Shown piece by piece: positions 9,916 through 18,969 of a stretch of DNA of 64,000 bases (position 1 is its first letter; each line of letters begins with the position of its first letter). The stretch is from a virus. Location: positions 9,278 through 73,277 of IMG/VR virus record IMGVR_UViG_3300017593_000751; one strand, written 5' to 3'. The notes under the pieces were generated by a model that saw only the letters and a list, made by a program, of their open reading frames with translations, did not search any database and was not told the DNA's origin. Position numbers and translations under genes: made by a program.

Positions 9916-10117
9916 TTCCTTCTCCTTTCTTCAAATCCAACCAACCCGCATCCAACACTTGCTTCACGGCCTCCCATAAACGCTTTGCAGTGGCATAGTA
10001 CATGTTGGGGTTCCCGCGGAGCCTAACCCCGCAAGAATACCAGCCATTCTCGTAAGACAACTCCCATTCATCACAGCAGCTTTTAAGGCGTTGAAAAGCT
10101 TCTTCGTCAATCATCAT
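9881..10117 (-). CDS. Small hypothetical protein (paralogous family)
   Basis: EWELSYENGWYSCGV...AKRLWEAV. Confidence 0.55.
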   Translation of the reverse strand: MMIDEEAFQRLKSCCDEWELSYENGWYSCGVRLRGNPNMYYATAKRLWEAVKQVLDAGWLDLKKGEGNGRCGQEEHPA

Positions 10118-10135
10118 TTCTTCGTCTCACCCTCA

Positions 10136-10384
10136 TTATACCCGCCGGGACTTCAACCACCTCGGCAGATTCCAGATATACAAGCCAGCTATAGCTAAAG
10201 CCATGACGGTCATGCCTATCCCATCCCAACCCAAGCCGATAGAATACACCAACCAAGGCACTTGGATAGCCAAACCGAATAAAGGAGCCCACCAGAACCG
10301 ACGGGCGTGGAAAGCCCTGTCCAGAATCGTCAAAGGCAGCAGAATCAAGCTCAAAATGCTCAGCCAACTCACAGGTCTTCCCAT
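10136..10384 (-). CDS. Small membrane protein (about 3 TM), possible holin
   Basis: Hydrophobic; lies near the lysozyme-like gene. Confidence 0.45.
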   Translation of the reverse strand: MGRPVSWLSILSLILLPLTILDRAFHARRFWWAPLFGLAIQVPWLVYSIGLGWDGIGMTVMALAIAGLYIWNLPRWLKSRRV

Positions 10385-11064
10385 TCGTATTGCTTCGGCT
10401 GGTCTGGCGAAGGTGCTTCCCCCTCCTTCTTCTCCCGCTTAGCTGGTTTGGCAACCTTGGTGGTCTTGGCAACCTTGGCAACCTTGGCGGAACTGGCGGC
10501 TTTCTCCGCCTTCCCCGCCCGTTCCTCCGCCCTGGCCAATAGCTTCTTCAACCTTTCGTTCTCTTCCACGACAGCGTAGATGTCAAAGTCCGATTTGACC
10601 GCGTGAACACCAGGAAATCGAGTTTCAAAAACGACAGGGCGTTCCTTGTCCACATGAAGGCCCTTGCCGGCCAATCTCTCCCACGTAGGGGCCAGCTGGG
10701 CGAAGGTGGTGGGGCTTTTCTTGAGCATGTCCAAAAAGAACCTGCCCGGCCCATAGGCTTGGAGGGCTTCCATCATCTGCTCGAAGATGGACTCATCTGG
10801 CAGAGACTTGTCCTCAGGCTTGCCTTTGGCTGCGCGAATCTCGGCCAACCTCATCAATTCCTTGGTCTTACCCCTTCCCGGCCCCCCGGCCCATCCCTTC
10901 TGGAATCCGCTATACCGTTTAGGCTGTTCAGACAAGGACTTATCGTTGTTCTCCTGAACCGAAGAAGAACCGGAAGACCCTTCCGAAACGGGCTGTTCAG
11001 ATGGGGATTTAGCCGTGTTGGAAACCGGCCTCCGCCTTTTTTTATTTTCTTTTTTTCTGGTCAT
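10369..11064 (-). CDS. Putative terminase small subunit
   Basis: FQKGWAGGPGRGK resembles the FxxGxSGNPxGR motif of small terminases; large subunit not in window. Confidence 0.45.
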   Translation of the reverse strand: MTRKKENKKRRRPVSNTAKSPSEQPVSEGSSGSSSVQENNDKSLSEQPKRYSGFQKGWAGGPGRGKTKELMRLAEIRAAKGKPEDKSLPDESIFEQMMEALQAYGPGRFFLDMLKKSPTTFAQLAPTWERLAGKGLHVDKERPVVFETRFPGVHAVKSDFDIYAVVEENERLKKLLARAEERAGKAEKAASSAKVAKVAKTTKVAKPAKREKKEGEAPSPDQPKQYEWEDL

Positions 11065-11185
11065 TCCGAAGGCTTTGCTTCACTCTTTTTCTGATAGAGC
11101 TTATTAGCCCAATAAACCGCAGCTGCCTTGATTCCCTTGGCCGCTCGGCTCATCACCTTTTCGGCCTCTTGTCTTGTTTCGCAAT

Positions 11186-11518
11186 CTAGCTCGGAAGGGT
11201 CATCATCACAGCAACCCCTGTCCCCCAAACGTGTGCGATAACTTTTCCAGCCTCTCCGCCTTGGCGAACGACGGACAAATCAGGAAATATCTCCGAGACT
11301 ACGGACACCTCGGAGTCGTCGTACAAAACCTCTGGCTTGGCTTCTTCCCCGTCCGGCATGAACCCGGCCCGCAACTCTTCGGCCTGTTCCAACACCCGCA
11401 TCGTAACAGTGTAATCCTCCAGCTGACATAGCTCCACCAAAAGCACACCCTTTACACCCACCACATGGCGGACATACCTAAAGACCTCACGGTCATCTAT
11501 TAGCTCTAACTTTTCCAT
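11186..11518 (-). CDS. Hypothetical protein
   Basis: Start revised to MEKLE after TATAAT and a GGGAG RBS. Confidence 0.55.
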   Translation of the reverse strand: MEKLELIDDREVFRYVRHVVGVKGVLLVELCQLEDYTVTMRVLEQAEELRAGFMPDGEEAKPEVLYDDSEVSVVSEIFPDLSVVRQGGEAGKVIAHVWGTGVAVMMTLPS

Positions 11519-11619
11519 TCTGCTTTCTCCCTTCGCTCTTATTATATGGACGTTGCGGCGAGGGCCTTTGCTTTGACTTTGGCAGGACACACGAAGCCAC
11601 TGCCTAGACCAAACCAGAA

Positions 11620-11714
11620 AACCGCCATATTTGCCCTGTAAGGCGTTTTCTGACCCAAATGGTATCCATCTACCACCTGGGCCGAGAAAACGCCTCCTGC
11701 GGCCAGCTGGGCGG
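11620..11714 (-). repeat. 95-bp hairpin element, copy 1 (inverted relative to copy at 51031)
   Basis: Aligned by hand: about 9 mismatches in 95 bp. Confidence 0.9.
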
Positions 11715-11963
11715 CCTGCTGGGCAAACCAACGGACGGGGCGGCTCAACAAATCAGACCTTTCGTTTCCCAATAGTCATTTTCAGGGCTGATTCCCTTCG
11801 CCGAACGGCCAGCAACCTCAGCCGAGATTCCCACGGCCACCTTTGACCTTTCCTTCCCTTGTTTTTAGCTCTTTTCAACGGCCCTTTGACAAAGGACCAC
11901 GGCCACCGGGCCTTTCATTGACATAACTTGTTGCCTCCCAAAGAGAAACGTCTATAAGCGATG

Positions 11964-12291
11964 TTTTTATTTTTCGTTTGACGTAAGTCTTTGGCCTCCA
12001 AAGAGAAGCACTTTCAGAAAGTCCCTCAAAACGGCATTAGGTGCCGTTTTTCGTTCCTTTTTATTTTTCGTTTGACGTAAGTTGTTGGCTCCCTTGGGGA
12101 AGCACTTTCAGAAAGTCCTTCACGAGGGACTTTCCGACTATATGTTTATTAATATATACTGTTTAAACCACTATACTAGTTTAAATTAGTTTAAATCAGT
12201 TTAAACTAGTTTAAAGAAGCAACATAAAGTCGGAAAGTCCTTCACGAGGTATTTTCTGAAAGTGCAACCTTATGGCTCCCATCACGTTGCG
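11964..12291. other. Candidate replication origin
   Basis: Two ~65-bp direct repeats, AT-rich core with AGTTTAAA at 10-bp period, nested 13-bp inverted repeats, at the divergent strand switch. Confidence 0.6.
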
Positions 12292-12417
12292 TTTTTGCTT
12301 GTCCCTCCTTTTTTGTTTTTGCCTTTCGGAACACCAAATCCGGGCGTACAATGAAAGCGAAGAAGGGAACAAACGCCCGTTGGTTTTTAGCTTGACCTAG
12401 CTAAAGGAAAGCAAAAG

Positions 12418-13302
12418 ATGAAACGAAGAGGGAAGCGGCCGTTGGTGTCAAGAGTACGTTCCTTCCGTTTAAGCTTGGAAGAACTGGAAGCCTTGGTGGC
12501 AGGAGAGGCCGTGAGCTTCAACTTCAAGCTGCTTCCTCCGAAGGAATTGGACCTAGCAGGAAAACAAGAAGAACAAGAGGCTCCGCCCGTGTCATCCGCG
12601 TCGGAAGAAATAGAAATGCCTGAGATAGTCAAAGTGAGCGTTGATAAGCTCATTTGCACTTGGAATCAACACGCCTACGTTGTTCGAGCTAATAACCAGG
12701 GCGAAAGCCGGAACCGGCCGTTCCCTGAAGAAAAACGACGGGACGAAGCGACCATGACTTTGTTGCGAGAGGCCATCCAACAAGTAGGACTGAAGAAACT
12801 CATAACTCAAATGAAGCTTTATTTTCAAGTCTGCGAACGGGGCGAGCATTTATTCGAGGGCAAAAATCTGGCCTATGCCAGCTTGGATAGCTGGGCCGAG
12901 CGGGTCTTGGCAGCTCATCGCAAGGGAAAGAAGCTATGGTGGCAGACGAAGGACCTAAAGGGCCGGCCGTTGAAGACGCGAAGCGTCAATCCCGAACTCA
13001 CGCGACAAGTGGCCGATGCTTTTGCCAAGCGGTTCCTCGGCAGAGAACATTACGGAAGGCTGAAGAACCCGTCCACCGAGTACGAGCGGTTCTGCGAGGC
13101 CGCCAGACGTATAGCTCTTTTCGCCGAGAAGACGGGCAGGAAGGTGGAGGATGCCATTCGCCTGCTGTTAGACTGCCTGGAGTCCGCCAGGTTTGACTAT
13201 GTTCGGCCCGGTCACTTGGCCTCCGACCACACCTGGCGCGTGCTGATGCCCCAGTACATCGACCGGCTTTACGGCTACGAAAACCGGCCTAGGACATCGT
13301 AA
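12418..13302 (+). CDS. Hypothetical protein, possible origin-binding/initiator
   Basis: First gene after the candidate origin; AAAGGA RBS; no recognised domain. Confidence 0.55.
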   Translation: MKRRGKRPLVSRVRSFRLSLEELEALVAGEAVSFNFKLLPPKELDLAGKQEEQEAPPVSSASEEIEMPEIVKVSVDKLICTWNQHAYVVRANNQGESRNRPFPEEKRRDEATMTLLREAIQQVGLKKLITQMKLYFQVCERGEHLFEGKNLAYASLDSWAERVLAAHRKGKKLWWQTKDLKGRPLKTRSVNPELTRQVADAFAKRFLGREHYGRLKNPSTEYERFCEAARRIALFAEKTGRKVEDAIRLLLDCLESARFDYVRPGHLASDHTWRVLMPQYIDRLYGYENRPRTS

Positions 13303-13418
13303 GTTCTTATGAGACAAAGAATAATAATTTTTCATTTTTTTCTTGTTTTCGTCCTTGACTAAAACCGATAGAGGCATATAATGCTAGTGTGATGAGAACG
13401 AGAAAGGAGAACGGGATG
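13298..13418 (+). promoter_or_regulatory. Early sigma70-type promoter cassette, copy 1
   Basis: TTGACT(13355)-16 bp-TATAAT(13377), T-rich upstream tract, AAAGGAG RBS; near-identical to 47207-47326. Confidence 0.85.
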
Positions 13419-13745
13419 AAACAGGCAACAGCACTTCCAGCGTGGGCAAAGGTCGGCACTGTCCTCCATTATTCTTGGGGCTGGGAACAAACGAATTGCG
13501 AGTTCTACGAGGTCGTGGCCGTTCGCGGTTCGCAGGTCATCATCCGGGAGATAGCGGCCAAGCAGGTCGGCCCCTGGGCTTTCATGAGCACATACGTCGT
13601 TCCTGAGCCCGGCAAGTTTATCGGCCCTGAGATGCGAAAGAAGGCTCAGGACTTCGGCGTGCGGATGAAGTTCGGAACGGCCGGGCCCATAAGCCCCGAG
13701 GAATTGGCCGCTGGCAGGAGCTTCTATTGCTCCTGGTATGCGTAG
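13416..13745 (+). CDS. Conserved phage early protein (SWGWEQTN motif)
   Basis: SWGxxQTNxxFYxV pattern; strong RBS. Confidence 0.75.
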   Translation: MKQATALPAWAKVGTVLHYSWGWEQTNCEFYEVVAVRGSQVIIREIAAKQVGPWAFMSTYVVPEPGKFIGPEMRKKAQDFGVRMKFGTAGPISPEELAAGRSFYCSWYA

Positions 13746-13765
13746 AAGCTGGAAAGGGGACCGAG

Positions 13766-14053
13766 ATGAAACAAATTGAAGCCCTTCTAGACGCTTGTTC
13801 CGAATTCGTTCTCAAGGACCAGCTGGCCGGATTTGTCCGGTCTGAGTTGGCCGTGCGAGACGACGCCAAGCACGGCCTAACCGACGAATCCGACGGCTGG
13901 ATGCCGGGGCCGGCGGACACGCCGCTGAACCAGATAGATTGGGCCAACCTGCGGACCGTCGGCGACCTGCGGGAGATGGTCCGCAAGCTGGACGATGTGG
14001 GCTTGGCCGCCCTCAAGGCCACCCTTGAAGCCCGCGGGGTGAAGGTGATATGA
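13766..14053 (+). CDS. Hypothetical early protein
   Basis: RBS. Confidence 0.6.
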   Translation: MKQIEALLDACSEFVLKDQLAGFVRSELAVRDDAKHGLTDESDGWMPGPADTPLNQIDWANLRTVGDLREMVRKLDDVGLAALKATLEARGVKVI

Positions 14054-14131
14054 TGAAAATGAGACCTGTTGTTTTCAATCGGGCCGTGACAACTGGAGTC
14101 GTCAAAGCCACAGAATGAAAGGAGCTTCGGA

Positions 14132-14635
14132 ATGACCCGTTACTATCCTCACCCGCCGACTCTGGCGGACAACGAAGCGGAAGACCTTGGTTGCATAGCT
14201 GAAATGGTGGCTTGGGCCGCGGAAGAGATGGGTTTGCGGGCTGATTGGTATTACAGCCAGTCCAGCGAAGCCGTGTACGTCGTTGTGTGGCCCGACGTTC
14301 CACCGGACGAAGAGGGAGTGGACGATACAGAGGTGACTGTCCGCATCGCCGAGCACGAGCCGAAGCCGTGGAACGGGGGCGGCAGTTTTGAGGTCGGCTC
14401 GTTCCGCGAAGGCTGGGGCCATCCGGTTCCGGCCCATCGCGCCACAGACGGCGATTGGCGGGCCGCCGTGAGGTGGCTGGCCAAACGGTTTGACGCGAAG
14501 GTTCCGCCAGCGGTCGCGGAACGCCTGGAAAGCCGATGGTGCCCCGCCTGTCGGCGATGGGTAGAGCCTGACGGTCGTTTGGAGGCCGCGGGCGTGTATA
14601 GCGTTTGCCCTCATTGCGGGGAAAGAATAAAATGA
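14132..14635 (+). CDS. Early protein with C-terminal zinc ribbon
   Basis: SEAVY and VRIAEH motifs; CPAC...CPHC. Confidence 0.7.
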   Translation: MTRYYPHPPTLADNEAEDLGCIAEMVAWAAEEMGLRADWYYSQSSEAVYVVVWPDVPPDEEGVDDTEVTVRIAEHEPKPWNGGGSFEVGSFREGWGHPVPAHRATDGDWRAAVRWLAKRFDAKVPPAVAERLESRWCPACRRWVEPDGRLEAAGVYSVCPHCGERIK

Positions 14636-14880
14636 ACAAGGACAGGATTTACAAATGCTTAGCCCGCTGGGTGGTTTTGCTGGCTAGGGAACACGGTTCA
14701 GGATATGGAGCCGAAGGGTTGGGGCCAGCGATATGTGAACTCGCCGAGTCGATAGACCAAAACCGGTGGTGCGAGGCTGCTGAATTTCTTGAAAAGAGTC
14801 GTCCCTTGCTCCCGAAGGGTTCTGATTCGTTTGTGGACGAATTCGTTGCGGCGTTGGAAGGTTTGGGGGAGGAGAGTTAA
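14632..14880 (+). CDS. Hypothetical protein
   Basis: Overlaps stop of upstream gene. Confidence 0.55.
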   Translation: MNKDRIYKCLARWVVLLAREHGSGYGAEGLGPAICELAESIDQNRWCEAAEFLEKSRPLLPKGSDSFVDEFVAALEGLGEES

Positions 14881-14882
14881 AC

Positions 14883-15098
14883 ATGGCGTGCTGGCAGATA
14901 CAAACGGAAATGGGCTTTGATTACGACCTTATCTGGGCCAACTCCGTGCCCAGGGCTCTGGACATTTGGGCGCAGCGTCGGGGGTTTGCCAACTGGAAGG
15001 AAATGAACGAGCGCCAGGGCTTTCGGGGAGATGATTACAAAGTGATTGGTTTTCGTATAATCTTGGGGACGGCGAGAAAGGACGAGAAAGGAGACTGA
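14883..15098 (+). CDS. Hypothetical protein
   Basis: GGAG RBS. Confidence 0.55.
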   Translation: MACWQIQTEMGFDYDLIWANSVPRALDIWAQRRGFANWKEMNERQGFRGDDYKVIGFRIILGTARKDEKGD

Positions 15099-15099
15099 A

Positions 15100-15258
15100 A
15101 TGGCTAAGACGACGAAGAGGAGACAAGCAAAGAAGGAAGGCAAGCATATTTGTTGCGGTCAGGAAATGGCCCTGTATCCCCGAGCCCGCGGGATTGGGGC
15201 CTTGCCTTTCGTTCGCCTCTGCCACAAGTGCGGGCGATGGTTTGAAGTGGCGGAATAA
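15100..15258 (+). CDS. 52-aa zinc-finger protein (not in ORF track)
   Basis: AAAGGAG RBS; MAKTTKRR...ICCGQEM...CHKCGRW. Confidence 0.6.
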   Translation: MAKTTKRRQAKKEGKHICCGQEMALYPRARGIGALPFVRLCHKCGRWFEVAE

Positions 15259-15269
15259 GGGGACAGACG

Positions 15270-15842
15270 ATGAAAACAGACAATCAATCTTCGACTCTTT
15301 CAGCCCGCGAACAATTCCTGTCCTTGGCCCGACAAGAACTGCAAAAGCAGCTAGAACGCCCCAATACGGTCTATTGGAAGGAGCCGGAGATAGAGCTTTC
15401 GGGGCCTTATCCCAGGTCGGGCAAAGGCGGCCTGTTGAGCGGATGGGGGCCGGTTCGGGACTTGCTGCGGATTCGCCTTGAGGTTGAGCTGACTTTTCGC
15501 GTACCGTTGAAGCTGCTGAAGACGGGTGCGGTGTTGAAACCAGCTACTTGTTCGGACGGCTCAGCTTGGCTGGAGCTGGAAGGCCCTTGTGGTGGCGAAG
15601 GCGACGGGACTGACCTGATAGGAACCGTTCTGGACGGCGAGGATGAGCTGTCGGAGTTCTTCTTCCCGCAGGGCACCCGGGCTGGCCTGGAGGAGTGGAT
15701 GTCTTTGGAGAACGTTTGCGGATGGGGCCGACTATCGTGGAGCTACGGATATAATCCATTAGAGACCTCGGCGCGGATGTGTGGCGAAGGGCCATATGTT
15801 CTTTGCCGAGCGGTCGTTTGGGCGGAAGGAAAGCAGCGATGA
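15270..15842 (+). CDS. Hypothetical protein (paralogue of 8226..8732)
   Basis: PATCSDGS, FFPQGT and GWGRLSW motifs. Confidence 0.6.
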   Translation: MKTDNQSSTLSAREQFLSLARQELQKQLERPNTVYWKEPEIELSGPYPRSGKGGLLSGWGPVRDLLRIRLEVELTFRVPLKLLKTGAVLKPATCSDGSAWLELEGPCGGEGDGTDLIGTVLDGEDELSEFFFPQGTRAGLEEWMSLENVCGWGRLSWSYGYNPLETSARMCGEGPYVLCRAVVWAEGKQR

Positions 15843-16555
15843 CTAGATTTGACTTGGGCGGGGCGGTGGAGGCATGGAAGAAGGCGGCGGAAAGCATGGA
15901 TGAAAATGGCATGCTTCCTCCTCACAACTGCCATCGCTGCGGCAAGCCACTCAATGCCGATGGCAACCGTCCGGCGGAACTGTATTTGGGTACCTACACT
16001 GGATTGTGCACCGCCTGTATGAATGCTTCGCCTTACGAAGTCAAACGTTTGATTTCGGGGGCCAAGTTGATGTCTCATCCGCCACACCTGCCCTCTTGGA
16101 GGCGAAGTCGGGAGGAGTTTATTTGGTTTGAGGACTGCCCCGACAAGTGTATCAAGGGCGTTGTCCCCGGTACTTGGGGCGGGTGGAGCAACTATCCGAA
16201 GCAGTGCCCAACGTGCCTTGCTCGGCATGAGAACCATCCCGAAGTGCGGCGGTATAAGGAAGACCAGAAAAAGCTAAGGGCTGTCCAGTACTACTGGCGT
16301 TCCCGGATGATAGCTGAATATGAACGAAGGCTAAAGAAGGCGGGATACGAGGGGGGCGAAATTGAAGAAGGCTCTTCACCGGAGGAATGCCCTATCCTTT
16401 CCGGTGTGTTGCGGGACGGCCCACCCCCGCCCGAAAAGCCGGAATTGCCCGTCTTTCCGGCAGGCTGGGCCAAGGCGTCGGAAGTGGCCTTGACCATGTT
16501 GATAGAGGCGGGTTTGGTGCCGCCGGGGCGGTTTAACTTTAGAAAGGGGAAGTGA
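15839..16555 (+). CDS. Cys-rich zinc-binding hypothetical protein
   Basis: CHRC, CTAC, CPDKC, CPTC. Confidence 0.65.
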   Translation: MTRFDLGGAVEAWKKAAESMDENGMLPPHNCHRCGKPLNADGNRPAELYLGTYTGLCTACMNASPYEVKRLISGAKLMSHPPHLPSWRRSREEFIWFEDCPDKCIKGVVPGTWGGWSNYPKQCPTCLARHENHPEVRRYKEDQKKLRAVQYYWRSRMIAEYERRLKKAGYEGGEIEEGSSPEECPILSGVLRDGPPPPEKPELPVFPAGWAKASEVALTMLIEAGLVPPGRFNFRKGK

Positions 16556-16758
16556 TGGTTTATGTGTCACAACACAAGTTGAAGTTTCGCACTAAAAGTT
16601 GGTGGGGACATCTTTACGCTCGTGTTCTTGATGATGGAGAAGGTGGGGAGTGGATAGCAATAAGAGACGGTAGATATGACATTGAAACCGTTTTGAGCTT
16701 CAGACAAGCCCGCCGTTTGGCCAAGTGGCTGTTGAAAGTAGCCGGGGAGGGTTCATAG
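16552..16758 (+). CDS. 'QARRLAKWLL' module protein (one copy)
   Basis: Unit 1 of a 210-bp triplication. Confidence 0.65.
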   Translation: MMVYVSQHKLKFRTKSWWGHLYARVLDDGEGGEWIAIRDGRYDIETVLSFRQARRLAKWLLKVAGEGS

Positions 16759-17178
16759 ATGACAAAAAGAAGGAAGAAGAAGACGATATCTTTACCTACG
16801 ATTCACATCTGTTGTGATTCTGGAAGTTTGAGTGCGACTGGTTTTGGCGACGAAGGGGTGGCTTTGGCAATAATTGGTTCCTGGGCTTCTATTGAGGTGG
16901 ACTTGGTTCGTCAACAAGCCCGCCGTTTGGCTAGGTGGCTGTTGAGGACAATAGGGGAGGATTCACAGAAGATGAAGAGAAGGAAAGAGAAGACGATAGT
17001 GGCTCCTGCCCTCCACATTTGTTGCGAAGGCGGTTCTTTACACACAAGAAGTTTTGATGGCGAAGAAGTAACTCTTTCCTTGGCCAACCCTTGGGTTTCT
17101 CTTGAAGTAGATATTGCTCCTTCCCAAACCCGTCGCTTGGCCAAGTGGCTGTTGAGGACGGTCGGGGATGAAAAATAG
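16759..17178 (+). CDS. 'QARRLAKWLL' module protein (two fused copies)
   Basis: Units 2 and 3 of the triplication. Confidence 0.7.
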   Translation: MTKRRKKKTISLPTIHICCDSGSLSATGFGDEGVALAIIGSWASIEVDLVRQQARRLARWLLRTIGEDSQKMKRRKEKTIVAPALHICCEGGSLHTRSFDGEEVTLSLANPWVSLEVDIAPSQTRRLAKWLLRTVGDEK

Positions 17179-17238
17179 TTATCTGTTCCCCGTCAGGAAT
17201 GAAACAGGACCATATAATGAAACGAAAGGAGAAGCAAG

Positions 17239-17916
17239 ATGGCACTAACGCAAGAACAGTTGGCCGAGTATCGCAAGCGGTGCGAGATGTTCGGCGTGGA
17301 TGAGAAGGGCAGGCCCGGTTGGGACCCTAAGACCGAGGAGTGCCAAGCATGCAAGGTTGAAGAGCCCGACCTTTACGAAGCCTGCAAGACCGAGTGTGAG
17401 CCTTTGATGAAAAGTGTCTCCGCTCCTCCCCAAGAGGACCAAGCGGAGGACGAAAGGCTCGCCCCTGTAGCGGATGAGGCCGTGGAGCCTATTATCAAGG
17501 ATGAGGTTGAGACCCCAACGGCCCAAGAAGAGGCTCAAGAAGACCAAACAGAAGAGCCTGAAGAGCCCGAAGAGCCTGAGGCTGAACCCGTCGAAGAAGT
17601 TGAGGAGGCCGAGGGTTCGGATGTGGACGACGAAGAGACCACACAAGAGTCCGCGCAAGAGACTGCGCAAGAGACTACCAAGCGGCCCAAACGGGCCAAG
17701 GCCGTCCTGGCCGCCGTGGTCAATGTGATTATGTCACAACAGGGCGAGTTCAGGGCTAGGGAAGTGGCCGAGCAAGTGGTGAGGCAGACCGGGTGCACTG
17801 AGGTAACAGCCACCACGCGAGTCAACTTCGCTCTCTCTTTCGGGCGACTGTATGGCGTGGTCGAACGCACGAGATGGGGAACGTATCGTTGGGTAGGAGC
17901 CGAAAAGAACCAATAG
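17239..17916 (+). CDS. Zn-finger / acidic linker / winged-helix protein
   Basis: N-terminal Cys cluster, E-rich linker, C-terminal wHTH-like region; TATAAT and RBS upstream. Confidence 0.6.
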   Translation: MALTQEQLAEYRKRCEMFGVDEKGRPGWDPKTEECQACKVEEPDLYEACKTECEPLMKSVSAPPQEDQAEDERLAPVADEAVEPIIKDEVETPTAQEEAQEDQTEEPEEPEEPEAEPVEEVEEAEGSDVDDEETTQESAQETAQETTKRPKRAKAVLAAVVNVIMSQQGEFRAREVAEQVVRQTGCTEVTATTRVNFALSFGRLYGVVERTRWGTYRWVGAEKNQ

Positions 17917-17928
17917 GAGCTAAATGGA

Positions 17929-18969
17929 ATGGACAGAAAGAAACTGATGAATGAGTTGGTCAAGGTCTATCCCGCCGTGGACGCTCGCGCTGTAACGGAG
18001 GAGATGAAGTGCTTCCGTTTTGCAGGCCGGCGGGTAGTGGCCAGCAACGGCAACGTGGCCGTATGGGCCGAGCTGCCGGAGGACACCGGCATTGACGGCC
18101 TGGTGCCTGCCGAGAAGTTCTTCCACCTGCTGTCCGACTTGCGGGAGGACGAGCTGGAGATTGAGCAGAAGGACAATGAGCTTCATATCACCTGCGGACG
18201 ATGTAGGGCCAGATACAAGATTCGCCCCCATGAGGGCGGATTCCTGGACTCATTGAAGGTAGAGGTTCCCGACGATGCTTGGCGTCCTTGGCCTGAGAAG
18301 ATGGACGAAGGCTTGAAACTCTGCCGGTTCGCGGCCTCCCGCGACGCCAGTCAGGGAGCCTTGTGTGGAGTCCATGTGGACGACGAGGGCCTAGTTGCCA
18401 CCGACTCTTATCGTATCGTCGGGTATTCCGGCGCACGGCTGCCGGAAGGCTGGGAGCCTCTTACGCTGTCTCAAGACTTGCTGGACGTGCTGGCCAAGCA
18501 GGGCGAAGCGGTCGAATCCTGGGCCGTGGTGGACGGGACGGTGTATTTGAGCTTGGGGTCCACCAAAATCGGGGCCAGGCTGCTGGCCAGCGAGTTCCCT
18601 GCGGGGGCCAGGCAGTTCTTGGCCCAGGCGGCGGAGTTGCCCGAAGAGGTGGAGCTGCCTCAAGAGCTTATCGAGGCCGTCCGCCGGCATGGGGACCAGA
18701 TGTCCGACGTGCCGGACCTGGACCGCGAGATTACAGTGTTGCTGGGGGAAGGCAAGCTGACAATCTCCAGTTCCGATGGTGTGCTGTATGAGCTGTCGGA
18801 AGACCTGGACCTGCCCGACTCGGCCACCAAGGTATCGTTCAAGGTCAATCCCAGCTTCTTGGCCGATGTTCTGGGCCTGACGCGGAAAATGGCCTACGGG
18901 GCCGACAAGCGCATGGTGGCTTTCAAGGCAGAGGATTTTACTTATCTGACGGCGGTAGAGTGGGTATAG
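17929..18969 (+). CDS. dnaN: DNA polymerase sliding clamp (beta) homologue
   Basis: VASNG, LVPAEKF, FAASRD, ALCGVHV, LVATDSYRI, EFP and VNPSFL motifs; directly upstream of polymerase. Confidence 0.85.
   Translation: MDRKKLMNELVKVYPAVDARAVTEEMKCFRFAGRRVVASNGNVAVWAELPEDTGIDGLVPAEKFFHLLSDLREDELEIEQKDNELHITCGRCRARYKIRPHEGGFLDSLKVEVPDDAWRPWPEKMDEGLKLCRFAASRDASQGALCGVHVDDEGLVATDSYRIVGYSGARLPEGWEPLTLSQDLLDVLAKQGEAVESWAVVDGTVYLSLGSTKIGARLLASEFPAGARQFLAQAAELPEEVELPQELIEAVRRHGDQMSDVPDLDREITVLLGEGKLTISSSDGVLYELSEDLDLPDSATKVSFKVNPSFLADVLGLTRKMAYGADKRMVAFKAEDFTYLTAVEWV

Noticed and set aside
10441-10500. 9-bp repeats TTGGCAACC
   Set aside because: Encodes AKV repeats of the 10369..11064 protein
11519-11731. 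Shared peptide AGRRRRFLG.GGRWIPFG in ORFs 11186..11731 and 50945..51340
   Set aside because: Translation of the 95-bp hairpin repeat; the real gene starts at 11518
17520-17680. GAAGAGCCT and CAAGAG repeats
   Set aside because: Acidic linker codons
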